This document shows positions 1 through 8,113 of a DNA stretch of 35,625 nt, piece by piece. Made by a program: the position numbers and the translations under genes. Source of the stretch: a virus (lineage: Duplodnaviria > Caudoviricetes); the IMG/VR virus record IMGVR_UViG_3300011444_000008, positions 1 to 35,625 of that record. The stretch is one strand, 5' to 3'. Position 1 is the first letter of the stretch. Every line of letters starts with the position of its first letter. Under the pieces are notes generated by a model. The model saw only the letters and a list, made by a program, of their open reading frames with translations. It searched no databases and was not told the DNA's origin.

Positions 1-123
1 CCAACGCTCAGGTTTAGCAGCAATCATGTCTGTGTGTTCCATGACCTTTTGCATCTCTGCCCGCTTTATAGACTGCAAAAATTCTGCGTAATCGCTGTCT
101 ATTCCCTCGTCTAAATGGTTGGC
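1..123. repeat. Terminal direct repeat / circular assembly overlap, copy 1
   Basis: Bases 1-123 are identical to 35503-35625, and an ORF reads through the junction. Confidence 0.97.
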
Positions 124-297
124 TCCGGTCTCCATCCAATAGAACAAAGTGCGCTCAGATATGCCGTTGGCTTCTGCTGCAAGTTGATAGGGTGCACGCC
201 TAGATATGGCCGTTATAATGTCGGCTCTACGCTCAGGTGTGAACTTAGATGGTCGCCCAACTGGGTCTGGGTCTGGTTTAATAGCATTCCTGGCCAT
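1..297 (-). CDS. terS: Terminase small subunit, 5' part (joins 35502..35383 across the junction; 138 aa in total)
   Basis: Manual translation MARNAIKPDPDPVGRPSKFTPERR...AAEANGISERTLFYW...WQADAWLLERRW shows the GRPSK, HTH and WxAxAWLLERR motifs typical of TerS; upstream of terL in transcription order. Confidence 0.85.
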   Translation of the reverse strand, partial: MARNAIKPDPDPVGRPSKFTPERRADIITAISRRAPYQLAAEANGISERTLFYWMETGANHLDEGIDSDYAEFLQSIKRAEMQKVMEHTDMIAAKPERW

Positions 298-341
298 AGT
301 CACTAATCCTTTAGTGTGTGTGGTGTAGATACCAAAATATC

Positions 342-560
342 TTACTTCTTTTTGTCCTTCAATACGAGCATCACGATAAACATTACACACGCTTCAAAGC
401 CATCAGCGGAAGCCAATAGCCCGTGTAATTCGTTAGCATCAATGTTGCCATCACTTAAGGCTTTTACAAGGTTTGTTATGAACGTAATAGAACACAAAAT
501 AGTAGGAACAGAAAGTACCATGTGCGGTTTTTTCTTAAAATAACTCTTCACCTTGCGCAT
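342..560 (-). CDS. Holin-like small membrane protein
   Basis: 72 aa, two hydrophobic segments, basic N- and C-termini, adjacent to the endolysin; GAGG SD before ATG 560. Confidence 0.55.
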   Translation of the reverse strand: MRKVKSYFKKKPHMVLSVPTILCSITFITNLVKALSDGNIDANELHGLLASADGFEACVMFIVMLVLKDKKK

Positions 561-572
561 ACACACCTCGAA

Positions 573-983
573 CTAGGGTATTAATTCAAAATGCACGGTG
601 TCATTAAAAGTCTGGTCGTTAATGTCTTTGTCACCGTCCCAATCACCACCGTAACGCACGTCATGAGTCATTTTACCGTCATTCTTTAACATCTGGGCTA
701 TGCCTAGCACATATCCACCAAACCAGTACATGCGCTTAGTGTTAATCCAGTCAATAGGATAAGGAGCGACATCAACAGCCAGTGACGGGCTTTGGTTATG
801 TTTGCCATTAGGCCATTTAAGTTTGGAGTTTCCCGCAGCGAACGCCTTGTTTTGGTCTGCTTCATTTCTGAATCCTTCAATAACGGTGCAGTCAAAGTAT
901 TTGATTACTTCACGGAATAGGGTTTGTAAGTCGGGGTGACAGGTGAATAGTTTTTGTTGTGAAGCGGTGCTGAATTTTGGCAT
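573..983 (-). CDS. Endolysin, L-Ala-D-Glu peptidase (Peptidase M15 family)
   Basis: CHPDLQ...EGFR..Q, KHN...SLAVDVAP, YGGDW and DTVHFEL zinc-peptidase motifs. Confidence 0.92.
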   Translation of the reverse strand: MPKFSTASQQKLFTCHPDLQTLFREVIKYFDCTVIEGFRNEADQNKAFAAGNSKLKWPNGKHNQSPSLAVDVAPYPIDWINTKRMYWFGGYVLGIAQMLKNDGKMTHDVRYGGDWDGDKDINDQTFNDTVHFELIP

Positions 984-1013
984 GTCGTAATCCTTTACGA
1001 ATATTTTATTTTA

Positions 1014-1024
1014 AATATAGCACA
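1014..1024 (-). promoter_or_regulatory. Putative late/lysis promoter, extended -10 TGTGCTATATT
   Basis: About 30 nt upstream of the endolysin start; no recognisable -35. Confidence 0.4.
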
Positions 1025-1029
1025 GGATT

Positions 1030-1067
1030 AAAAACTAGCTCGAAGATTTTGCAATGCCCGAGCTAGT
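1030..1067 (-). terminator. Intrinsic terminator-like hairpin after the replication/nuclease operon
   Basis: ACTAGCTCG/CGAGCTAGT inverted repeat followed by a T run on the minus strand. Confidence 0.55.
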
Positions 1068-1117
1068 CCACCAACAAGGAAGCAATCATGAAAAACGGAA
1101 GTTAATAATAAATGAAA

Positions 1118-1510
1118 TCAGGAGAGGAGATAACGCTCGATGATTTCCTTACCATCAACCCAACCATAGCAGAATTGGCCATCAAATCCCACTGTTTTCA
1201 TGCGCTCAATCCATATTATTTGCTGTGTCCATGACTCCGCCTTTCTAGCTGATGGCGGGTACTTCATCGCACGCTTAACCTCTAACCAAAGACCTGCGTA
1301 TTTGCCACTTTGGCTAGGGTATGGAATAAACAAATCACTCACACCTGGGCGTAATCCTTGCAACTTCAAATTCCACGTTTGCGCCTCTGTTCGTTTCCCC
1401 TCATTGTTATTCTTACAAAAGAAATCCTTAAGTTGTGGATGAAGACTCAACCACTTTACCAGCCACCTTTGTTCCTGGTTCTCGGTGGGTATTGTTATGC
1501 GTTTGGTCAT
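1118..1510 (-). CDS. VRR-NUC domain nuclease (PD-(D/E)xK)
   Basis: TENQEQ...NEGKR...GLRPGVSDL...GLWLEVKR...Q..W motifs; GAGG SD favours start 1510. Confidence 0.88.
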   Translation of the reverse strand: MTKRITIPTENQEQRWLVKWLSLHPQLKDFFCKNNNEGKRTEAQTWNLKLQGLRPGVSDLFIPYPSQSGKYAGLWLEVKRAMKYPPSARKAESWTQQIIWIERMKTVGFDGQFCYGWVDGKEIIERYLLS

Positions 1511-1575
1511 CCTTAACCTCGTCATTACCATATAAAACTTTCATCAGTTCCAGCATTTCCTTGCTGTCACGCATA

Positions 1576-1740
1576 TTAACTATCTTTTTTTTCATTCTTT
1601 TTTGCTTCCTCTTGCTCTTGGTAACGCCTCTCAAATATTTCAGCGGCTTCATTGATACTCATGCTCATGGGTAAAAATCCTTTCACGCACGAAAGCCATG
1701 CTACAAATTTGGTGGCTTTCTCTCCTTGTAACTTCATCAT
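1576..1740 (-). CDS. Hypothetical protein, 54 aa (MMKLQGEKATKF...)
   Basis: Manual translation; ATGA overlap with the upstream stop codon. Confidence 0.5.
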   Translation of the reverse strand: MMKLQGEKATKFVAWLSCVKGFLPMSMSINEAAEIFERRYQEQEEAKKNEKKDS

Positions 1741-1952
1741 TTCAGCTTCCTTTCTGGATAGTATTTTAATTGCTCGACCATCTCTTCATAACAGCGAATG
1801 GCCTCCTCTATTTTCTCCTCTGGATGGGCTTCTAACACTTCCCTACAATGTTGCCGTAAGAATTCAATGTCATCACCGCCATGACCATCAGAAACTTTTT
1901 TTATCAGACCACATAAATAATTCTTGCGGGCTATCCATAGTCCACGATTCAT
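1737..1952 (-). CDS. Hypothetical protein
   Basis: 71 aa ORF coupled by a stop/start overlap to the preceding gene. Confidence 0.65.
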   Translation of the reverse strand: MNRGLWIARKNYLCGLIKKVSDGHGGDDIEFLRQHCREVLEAHPEEKIEEAIRCYEEMVEQLKYYPERKLK

Positions 1953-2863
1953 TAGTCATGCGCCCAATTTTTATATACTTTTACAGGTCGCCCTGAATTA
2001 CTCCTTTGCGGTTCGTCTTTCTGTACACGCTGGTTATCAGGTACATAACCCTCTTTAAGTAACCAAGCCTTTTGGTCACGCATGTTTAAAAACTTGTTGC
2101 GAGCCATTAAGTAAACGGGCGGTAGTATCATCGTCTCTGTTTCTGGAATGCCCATCAAGTACGCCTTGTACTCATCAAACACGACCTGGTCGAACTCCTT
2201 ATGCCCCTGTTTAATTTTGTTCTCGTCAAACTCTTTGTAAGTCTTTCCACCACCTGCAATCTTCTTGTCTCTAAGGATTTCCTGGCATTTGGCCATACAT
2301 TCCTTAAAGGACTTCATCTCATTATTGGTGGGGATTTTCTCTGGTGGTGGTAGCGATTTTGGTTTTGCATTAAAGGACTCTAGTTGCGCCCATGACTTCT
2401 CAGGCTCAACATAAAAGTTTGAACGTGATTCGCTGTAATGCTCTTTGACCTTCCGTTCAATCTCATCACTTTTGCCATTAGTTAGAGTCCACGAACCTAT
2501 TTTGTCATACACCATTTTTACCAGTGGATGGCTAAAGTCACGGGCTACCATTAGGCGAATTACTTCTTGCGGGCTTGGAACACCGGACTCTTTCATACAC
2601 AGGTCTACGAGTTGGCCTAAGGTTGGCGGGAACTCTTTAAACTCTGTGAGCGTCTTGTTTACCGCTGCGCGTACCTGTTCAATGGAGAACTTGCTTAACT
2701 CAATCAGCCAATCCTCCATGATGAATTCCCAATCTTCATCACAGGTTGCCCGACTCGTCCACAAATTACCGTATCTACCCCTAAAGCGTGCAAATAATCT
2801 CGCTATTAACGATTCATCAACGCAATGGGTCAACTGTGTTACCTGTGCTGTGGTCATATACAT
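1952..2863 (-). CDS. Replication protein P-like helicase loader
   Basis: N-terminal LFARFRGRYGNLW...W...L...FPPTLGQ pattern of the lambda-P/gp39 loader family; directly after the initiator. Confidence 0.7.
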   Translation of the reverse strand: MYMTTAQVTQLTHCVDESLIARLFARFRGRYGNLWTSRATCDEDWEFIMEDWLIELSKFSIEQVRAAVNKTLTEFKEFPPTLGQLVDLCMKESGVPSPQEVIRLMVARDFSHPLVKMVYDKIGSWTLTNGKSDEIERKVKEHYSESRSNFYVEPEKSWAQLESFNAKPKSLPPPEKIPTNNEMKSFKECMAKCQEILRDKKIAGGGKTYKEFDENKIKQGHKEFDQVVFDEYKAYLMGIPETETMILPPVYLMARNKFLNMRDQKAWLLKEGYVPDNQRVQKDEPQRSNSGRPVKVYKNWAHD

Positions 2864-3671
2864 TGCCCTTATTCAAATGCTTATTGATTACCCGTGATAA
2901 CGCATCACCGCCCTTGCTCTTAGTACTGGTGTACTTAGGTTGAGTGGTAATTGTGTCAGTCCAGCGTTCGTTTTGTAGGTAGCTTGAAGGGTGGGGAATG
3001 TATTGCTCATCAGCCCAAGCACTGTCATTGACTTGGCGATTGCTTACGTCATTACAGATAAGGACAGCTATTTTATTTAGCTTCTTCTTGTCCCATATCT
3101 TCTTGGCTCGTATCTTGTTTTTCTTTACGGGGTATATATTCCAAAATTCATTAAAAGCACATGGCTCGCTTTCGTGTGTGACGTCAGTCGCACTTATATT
3201 ATTTATGTTTATATCTTTATCTTTCTTTTCTTTCTCTCTTTCTTTTTTATAGTCCTGGTTTTCCGGTTCCGGCGTTTCCGCTTCCGGCTTTTCGGGAACC
3301 GGTGCACATTCTTGCACACTACCCTCTAAAACCGTTACTGGGCTTATGTATTCCATGCCGTCAAGGACTGTGTAACTGGTGCTTACGTGCCTGTGCATCT
3401 TGTCATATTGCACATGTCGCACAATGAGTTTGCACTCAATCATATAGTTAAGAACTGAATAGATTTTTTCCTTTCCGACCTTAAAGTGCTTTCTTAATTG
3501 CGTGGGATTTAATTGCCAGTTATCCGATTGGCTTTGCAGGTATGCCCATACGGCAATGGCTTCCATGTTGGTACAGGTCTGTAGAACCTTATTGTATAGC
3601 TGGGTGAATGGTGCGCGTTTAACTGTCAGTTTACCTTCTTCAAACGTAGGTTTGCATTTTTGTACGCTCAT
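2817..3671 (-). CDS. Replication initiator (lambda O-like, N-terminal HTH, C-terminal FNEFWNIYP..HPSSYL..ERW domain)
   Basis: Motifs plus internal iterons and an A-rich tract. Confidence 0.85.
   Translation of the reverse strand: MSVQKCKPTFEEGKLTVKRAPFTQLYNKVLQTCTNMEAIAVWAYLQSQSDNWQLNPTQLRKHFKVGKEKIYSVLNYMIECKLIVRHVQYDKMHRHVSTSYTVLDGMEYISPVTVLEGSVQECAPVPEKPEAETPEPENQDYKKEREKEKKDKDININNISATDVTHESEPCAFNEFWNIYPVKKNKIRAKKIWDKKKLNKIAVLICNDVSNRQVNDSAWADEQYIPHPSSYLQNERWTDTITTQPKYTSTKSKGGDALSRVINKHLNKGNVYDHSTGNTVDPLR
3196..3302. repeat. Putative replication origin inside rep: three 15-bp iterons plus an adjacent A/T-rich tract
   Basis: Minus strand CCGGTTCCCGAAAAG, CCGGAAGCGGAAACG, CCGGAACCGGAAAAC, followed by a strongly strand-biased A-rich run. 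Confidence 0.7.
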
Positions 3672-3673
3672 GG

Positions 3674-3787
3674 TTAATTCCCTTTAACTGTGTGAAGAGC
3701 ACGTCTTGTGCATTCTAATACTATAGGCGCGGAATGAATGGAATGGAACGGAATAGGTAAAGAACAGTTGCGAATGTATGGAGTCAT
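3674..3787 (-). CDS. Putative 37-aa leader peptide upstream of rep
   Basis: MTPYIRNCSLPIPFHSIHSAPIVLECTRRALHTVKGN*; GAGG 11 nt upstream; stop ends 2 nt before the rep ATG. Confidence 0.4.
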   Translation of the reverse strand: MTPYIRNCSLPIPFHSIHSAPIVLECTRRALHTVKGN

Positions 3788-3796
3788 GACTATAAT
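3768..3796 (+). promoter_or_regulatory. Sigma70 promoter oriented antisense to the rep leader
   Basis: TTGCGA-17 nt-TATAAT. Confidence 0.7.
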
Positions 3797-3802
3797 TGCC
3801 TC

Positions 3803-3935
3803 ATGTGTATGGACGCACGTAGCCGTTTTAATGCCAAACTCTGGCGTCCGGTTTTAATAGTAAGCATGATTGATAATCTTGGCGGAAAGGCAATCACGCG
3901 CATTCGTTTTCAAAAGTTCCAGCAGCTTGGAACAT
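3803..3935 (+). ncRNA. Putative counter-transcribed antisense RNA (ends approximate)
   Basis: Downstream of the promoter; stems GGACGC/GCGTCC, GCATGATTG..TC-TTGGCG-GA..CAATCACGC and GTTCCA/TGGAAC. Confidence 0.45.
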
Positions 3936-4018
3936 GAAGTAACTAGCTGCTAACCCTCTTTCAAACTTCATTTGCACAATCCTAATATAAAACTCTCAAA
4001 CATAAAAGTCTTTTTTAA

Positions 4019-4082
4019 ATATCATGATATCTTTTTTTCAAAAAATGCTTGCGTCAATTATTTTTATTTGATACATTGATAT
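4019..4082 (+). promoter_or_regulatory. Early rightward sigma70 promoter with candidate operators
   Basis: TTGCGT(4049)-17 nt-TACATT(4072) with an extended TG; palindrome ATATCATGATAT at 4019-4030 and repeated TGATA boxes. Confidence 0.55.
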
Positions 4083-4118
4083 CTGTTGCGAACAAATACA
4101 CAAATACAAGGCGTAATC

Positions 4119-4319
4119 ATGGGAAGAAAGAAAATAAGAACGGAAGATGAGAAAGCATTTCATCTTAGAATGCCCAGGGACACTTGGTTGTTGCTTAAAA
4201 AGGCTTCCTTAATAAAGGAAATGACAATGGGTGAAGTTGTGGTGGAATTGGTAGAAAAACAGCGTACAAAATTAGCAAAAAGGTTTGATGAAATTGGAGA
4301 TGTAGGAAATATGGAGTAA
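4119..4319 (+). CDS. Arc/CopG-like ribbon-helix-helix regulator
   Basis: KAFHLRMPRDTWLLLKKAS...TMGEVVVELV matches the RHH pattern; ATG 4119 preferred. Confidence 0.7.
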   Translation: MGRKKIRTEDEKAFHLRMPRDTWLLLKKASLIKEMTMGEVVVELVEKQRTKLAKRFDEIGDVGNME

Positions 4320-4399
4320 AGCGTTAATGATACAAAAATAAGTCTGAGGATATAGGTTACGACCCTACACCCTCGGTTGTTCAAACAAAACTTTAATAG

Positions 4400-4942
4400 G
4401 TGAATTATATGAACGTTATTAGTTTAGCGCACGCACGCGCACAAAATCAACACCAAGAACCATCATGGAGTGATGACCCGTTCGATTTTAAGGGTTTAGT
4501 TACAGGAGTAACGAAGGTGTCAGACCACGAACGTAATCTTAGGGATTATGCTTTGGAGATGGTTGCAAGCTTTGGAAAATTCAAAAGCGACCATTACGAG
4601 CTTAACCTCGACATGCTCTCAACGCCATACCAGCTTGAATTTGCACGACTCTATATAGAATCTATAGACCGTGAAATTGAATGGGCTTGCTATGGTGATG
4701 ACCAAACACTCAATAGCGATTTTCTTTGTGCCATGCTTGCCATGCTTAAGGACTCAAATCCTAAGACACGCGCCAAGTTCGCACAAGTCACCACTGTAAA
4801 CATCCTCACTTACTACAAAGACACTCTCGAAGAGCTTCTTACTACTGCTTGCGAAGATTTCTATAACAACGAAATGGAGAACGCAGGGTACCAGTGCAAC
4901 CAAGATATGGAACACGGGGACTTCTATTGGAGTAAGCGCTAA
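4400..4942 (+). CDS. Hypothetical protein
   Basis: Long ORF in the early operon. Confidence 0.75.
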   Translation: MNYMNVISLAHARAQNQHQEPSWSDDPFDFKGLVTGVTKVSDHERNLRDYALEMVASFGKFKSDHYELNLDMLSTPYQLEFARLYIESIDREIEWACYGDDQTLNSDFLCAMLAMLKDSNPKTRAKFAQVTTVNILTYYKDTLEELLTTACEDFYNNEMENAGYQCNQDMEHGDFYWSKR

Positions 4943-5145
4943 TGAATGTCCACGTAATCAATGGCGACAAGGCGCATACCTACATTGACCATGACAGAGC
5001 TTATTGGAACCTTGAACCTTGGGTTGCTACTTGGGACGGCTACGATGGCGCACCAATTGACTTTGAAACGCCAAGCCGTGACCCAATTGGTCTTGGGTGT
5101 ACCGAGCAAGAGGCATTGGATGACTTAGTGGAGAAATCAGAATGA
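4942..5145 (+). CDS. Hypothetical protein (YDGAP..IG.G.TEQEA early phage type)
   Basis: Coupled ORF. Confidence 0.7.
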   Translation: MNVHVINGDKAHTYIDHDRAYWNLEPWVATWDGYDGAPIDFETPSRDPIGLGCTEQEALDDLVEKSE

Positions 5146-5354
5146 TTGAGACATTCAGTAAGTATGAGTACGAAATCTTCGAGTACCCAGACGATGATTA
5201 CCCGATGCAAAAATATTATTACTACCGGATTTATAACGATAGTGAGCAAGGGTACATAGAGTCAGACAGCAACATGTTTGAAGGGGCGCAAGAGGCACGT
5301 TTTGCAGCCGTGGGGCATATATTGCAGCTAATTAAAGAGGGGTTTGGCAAATGA
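5142..5354 (+). CDS. Hypothetical protein
   Basis: ATGA-coupled ORF with a GGAG SD. Confidence 0.65.
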   Translation: MIETFSKYEYEIFEYPDDDYPMQKYYYYRIYNDSEQGYIESDSNMFEGAQEARFAAVGHILQLIKEGFGK

Positions 5355-5616
5355 TTAAAGACTACATAACGCCAGCGGAGCGATTGAATTTCAAGAGGGG
5401 CAAGACGTGGAAAGAACTACTTTGGAACAAGTCAGGGTTTGGGTACAACATCGAATTGACTACTGGGAAAATGTTGTTGAAGCACACCCCAATGACTTCG
5501 AGACGTTTACAGACATTGGTGAAACATGGCGAACAGGTCTTGAAAGAGGTGAAGACAAGGGAATGCTGGACGCCCTCCACATGGTCATGGAATGTATAAA
5601 TGGTCAGCGTAGATGA
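5351..5616 (+). CDS. Hypothetical protein; frame ambiguous (5351..5599 or 5407..5616)
   Basis: Two overlapping same-strand ORFs. Confidence 0.45.
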
Positions 5617-5707
5617 ACACTTTATGCGCCTGGATGACGGGCGTATAGCGGGTTTATCTAAGTCCTTAAATGGACATAATTAATGTAACTAAGTTGGAGA
5701 AGTAAAA

Positions 5708-6553
5708 ATGGCGTTAAAAGCAAAAAAACCTTTAGTATCTGAGTGCAGAATGAAAGCATTGTTTTATGGTTCTGCTGGTGTCGGCAAAACGTATGCTGCG
5801 ATTCAGTTCCCCAAGCCCTATATCATTGACACTGAGGGTTCAACCAACAAGCCACAGTATGTACGCTTGATTGAAAAGTCAGACGGTGCCGTACTTATGA
5901 CAGTTGATTTTGATGAAATGATTAACGAAGTACGTGAACTTCTAACCACGAAACACGACTATAAAACGCTAATTATTGACTCGCTAACCCTGTCATACAA
6001 TGACCTTTTAGAGAAAGCAGAGCGCAAGGTTGGAACGGACTTTGGTAGGCATTATGGTGAAGCAAACAAGCGTATGAAGCAACTATTAAATTTGCTGTTC
6101 CGCTTAGACATGAACGTCATTATTACTTCTCATAGCAAAAATGAGTACGGACAGAATTTAGCAGTTTTAGGGCAAACGTTCGACTGTTACAAGAAATTAG
6201 ATTACCTTTTTGACCTGGTGTTTGAAATCCAGAAGCGCGGAACGCATAGAGTTGGGCTTGTTAAGAAGTCCCGCTTTGAAACATTCCAGGACACTGACAC
6301 GTTCCCATTCTCTTATGAAGAGATTGCAGACCGTTATGGTCGTGCGGTAATTGAGCGGGAAGCAGTAGCCCAGGAATTAGCTACACCTGACCAGATTAAA
6401 GAGATTGAGAGGCTTGTTGAGTTGCTCAAGGTAAGCGAAGAGACCACGCAAAAATGGCTGGATAAAGCCAATTCTGATGCCTGGTCAGACATGCAAAAAG
6501 ATTCGATTCAAAAGTGTATCGATTTCATGAAGTCTAAAATACAAGGAGAGTAA
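5708..6553 (+). CDS. Sak4-like AAA ATPase / single-strand annealing protein (AAA_24)
   Basis: Walker A GSAGVGKT, IIDTEG, Walker B LIIDSLT; followed by an SSB-like gene. Confidence 0.85.
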   Translation: MALKAKKPLVSECRMKALFYGSAGVGKTYAAIQFPKPYIIDTEGSTNKPQYVRLIEKSDGAVLMTVDFDEMINEVRELLTTKHDYKTLIIDSLTLSYNDLLEKAERKVGTDFGRHYGEANKRMKQLLNLLFRLDMNVIITSHSKNEYGQNLAVLGQTFDCYKKLDYLFDLVFEIQKRGTHRVGLVKKSRFETFQDTDTFPFSYEEIADRYGRAVIEREAVAQELATPDQIKEIERLVELLKVSEETTQKWLDKANSDAWSDMQKDSIQKCIDFMKSKIQGE

Positions 6554-6556
6554 ACA

Positions 6557-7054
6557 ATGTTTCAATATGATGTTTTAACAGAACAGGAAGCTATGGCCGA
6601 AAGGTTCCAGTTAATGAAGGAAGGTGTCTATGAAGGGGTTATTACCTCTTCACAAGATACTAAATCATCAACGGGTAATCCCATGATGGACATGACCGTA
6701 ACCGTTTATGACGAGAACGGCAAGCCCCATGATGTACGTGACTTCCTGGTGTTTACAAAGACAATGATGTGGAAAGTAATTCACTTTTGCGACTCAGCAG
6801 GTTTATTAAAAGAGTACGAAGAGGGCAAGCTTTGTTCTCAAATAGCAATTGATAAGCGTGTCATGGTAAAGGTTGCAGTTGAAGAAGGTAGCGAAATCCC
6901 ACAAGATAAGTTAAAAGGTAAACCGCTTGGGAGTAAATACCCAGATAAAAACAAAATTGGTGAGTATATCAAAAAGGCAGACCAAGGCCAAAGCGCCCCA
7001 ACTGGTGACAATCCGCCACCGTTTGTTGATGATGATATTCCGCCCTTTCTATAA
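6557..7054 (+). CDS. Phage ssDNA-binding protein (DUF669-like)
   Basis: EGVYEGVI...SSTGNPM motif and acidic DDDIPPF tail; typical Sak4 partner. Confidence 0.75.
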   Translation: MFQYDVLTEQEAMAERFQLMKEGVYEGVITSSQDTKSSTGNPMMDMTVTVYDENGKPHDVRDFLVFTKTMMWKVIHFCDSAGLLKEYEEGKLCSQIAIDKRVMVKVAVEEGSEIPQDKLKGKPLGSKYPDKNKIGEYIKKADQGQSAPTGDNPPPFVDDDIPPFL

Positions 7055-7194
7055 GGTAGAGCATGGGATATTTAAAAGGTTTTGGAGTAAGCGCACCGGT
7101 TATGGTTTTCCAACATCACTTCCCACTTCAATGGTGGGAATGTGCGCTCTTAAGTTTTGGGATAACTGCAATAATTATCTAGGGAGTCAAACTA

Positions 7195-7569
7195 ATGAAC
7201 TTTTGCGAAGCAATGGATTTGCTTAAGAATGGGGCGAAAGTCACCAGGGGCGTATGGAAAGGAAGCCTATTTTTCTCAATGGAAGGTGAAGAGGTTTTGG
7301 CCTATCAGCCTAGATTTTTAGATTACACCTATGATGAAAGCATCATGGTTTCGGATGGGTGGCAAGTTGAGGATGAATCGCAGGAGTATACATTTTGCGA
7401 AATTATACCGTTTTTAAATGATGGTAAAAAAGCGCGATTGGCAGAATGGAAAGACTCTTTTATCTTTTTGGATAGGAGTTCAGGCAAGCTTGTTTTGCAT
7501 ATGATGGATAGCTTTCCTTTTGTACCAGAGTTTGAATCGTTTATGGCCACTGACTGGGTTGAAGAATGA
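7195..7569 (+). CDS. Tad2/DUF2829-like protein with two tandem repeats
   Basis: MNFCEAMDLLKNGAKVTRGVW...SDGW and YTFCEIIPFLNDGKKARLAEW...ATDW. Confidence 0.7.
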   Translation: MNFCEAMDLLKNGAKVTRGVWKGSLFFSMEGEEVLAYQPRFLDYTYDESIMVSDGWQVEDESQEYTFCEIIPFLNDGKKARLAEWKDSFIFLDRSSGKLVLHMMDSFPFVPEFESFMATDWVEE

Positions 7570-7742
7570 TACCATTTAAAGACAGAACGTTTTGCGCATC
7601 ACCCAAATGTAAAAATGAGTGCGGGCGCAAGATGACCAAGAAAGAAGAAGAGCAATTGGAGAAAATGAACGAAACCCATTGGGTTAGTGTTATGCAGGGA
7701 TATTTTTGTGGCGAACCAGAAGAGGACGAACTAAATGATTGA
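7566..7742 (+). CDS. Small Cys-containing protein, 58 aa (MIPFKDRTFCASPKCKNECGR...)
   Basis: Manual translation; overlaps both neighbours by 4-8 nt. Confidence 0.6.
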   Translation: MIPFKDRTFCASPKCKNECGRKMTKKEEEQLEKMNETHWVSVMQGYFCGEPEEDELND

Positions 7743-8031
7743 TTGTAAGGAATGCTCAGAGTACGTAAACGGACTTTTCAATCGCGGTGAAATTACTAAG
7801 GATGAAATAGAGAAAGTTACGCTGGATAGGCATATACTAAAAGGCTGCACTAAAAAAGTCGATCCCTTTGCAGATTGGTTAGAATTTGCCATATTGAATC
7901 AAAAAGAACTACAATTAGAAAACACGGAGCCATATCAGTTCCCAGAGTGGAACAAAGGTTATCTTGAAGCGCTGGTGGACGCAAAAGAACGTTACACGGC
8001 TGCTACCCTCACGAATGAGGGAACCAGGTAA
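7735..8031 (+). CDS. Hypothetical protein
   Basis: ORF with a GAGG SD. Confidence 0.65.
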   Translation: MIDCKECSEYVNGLFNRGEITKDEIEKVTLDRHILKGCTKKVDPFADWLEFAILNQKELQLENTEPYQFPEWNKGYLEALVDAKERYTAATLTNEGTR

Positions 8032-8038
8032 ACGAGCA

Positions 8039-8113
8039 AAGCCCTCAAAGCCTCTGTAAATCCTATCTGCTGTCGAAGTAAAGTAGGTACGCTCAAGATG
8101 AGGGCTTCTTTTT
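8039..8113 (+). terminator. Structured element / terminator between convergent genes
   Basis: AAGCCCTCA...TGAGGGCTT stem followed by CTTTTT, enclosing an inner hairpin. Confidence 0.45.

Noticed and set aside
1428-1652. 74-aa Lys-rich ORF as listed
   Set aside because: It overlaps the VRR-NUC gene by over 80 nt and the coupled 1576..1740 ORF, which is the better call
3731-3757. GGAAT microsatellite (several ANGGA) as an RsmY/Z-like sponge
   Set aside because: It lies upstream of the only plus-strand promoter nearby, has no flanking hairpins, and on the other strand is part of the leader ORF
5623-5647. Hairpin TATGCGCCTG-GATGA-CGGGCGTATA as a hammerhead ribozyme core
   Set aside because: It lacks CTGANGA and GAAA in the needed arrangement; likely a processing or stability hairpin
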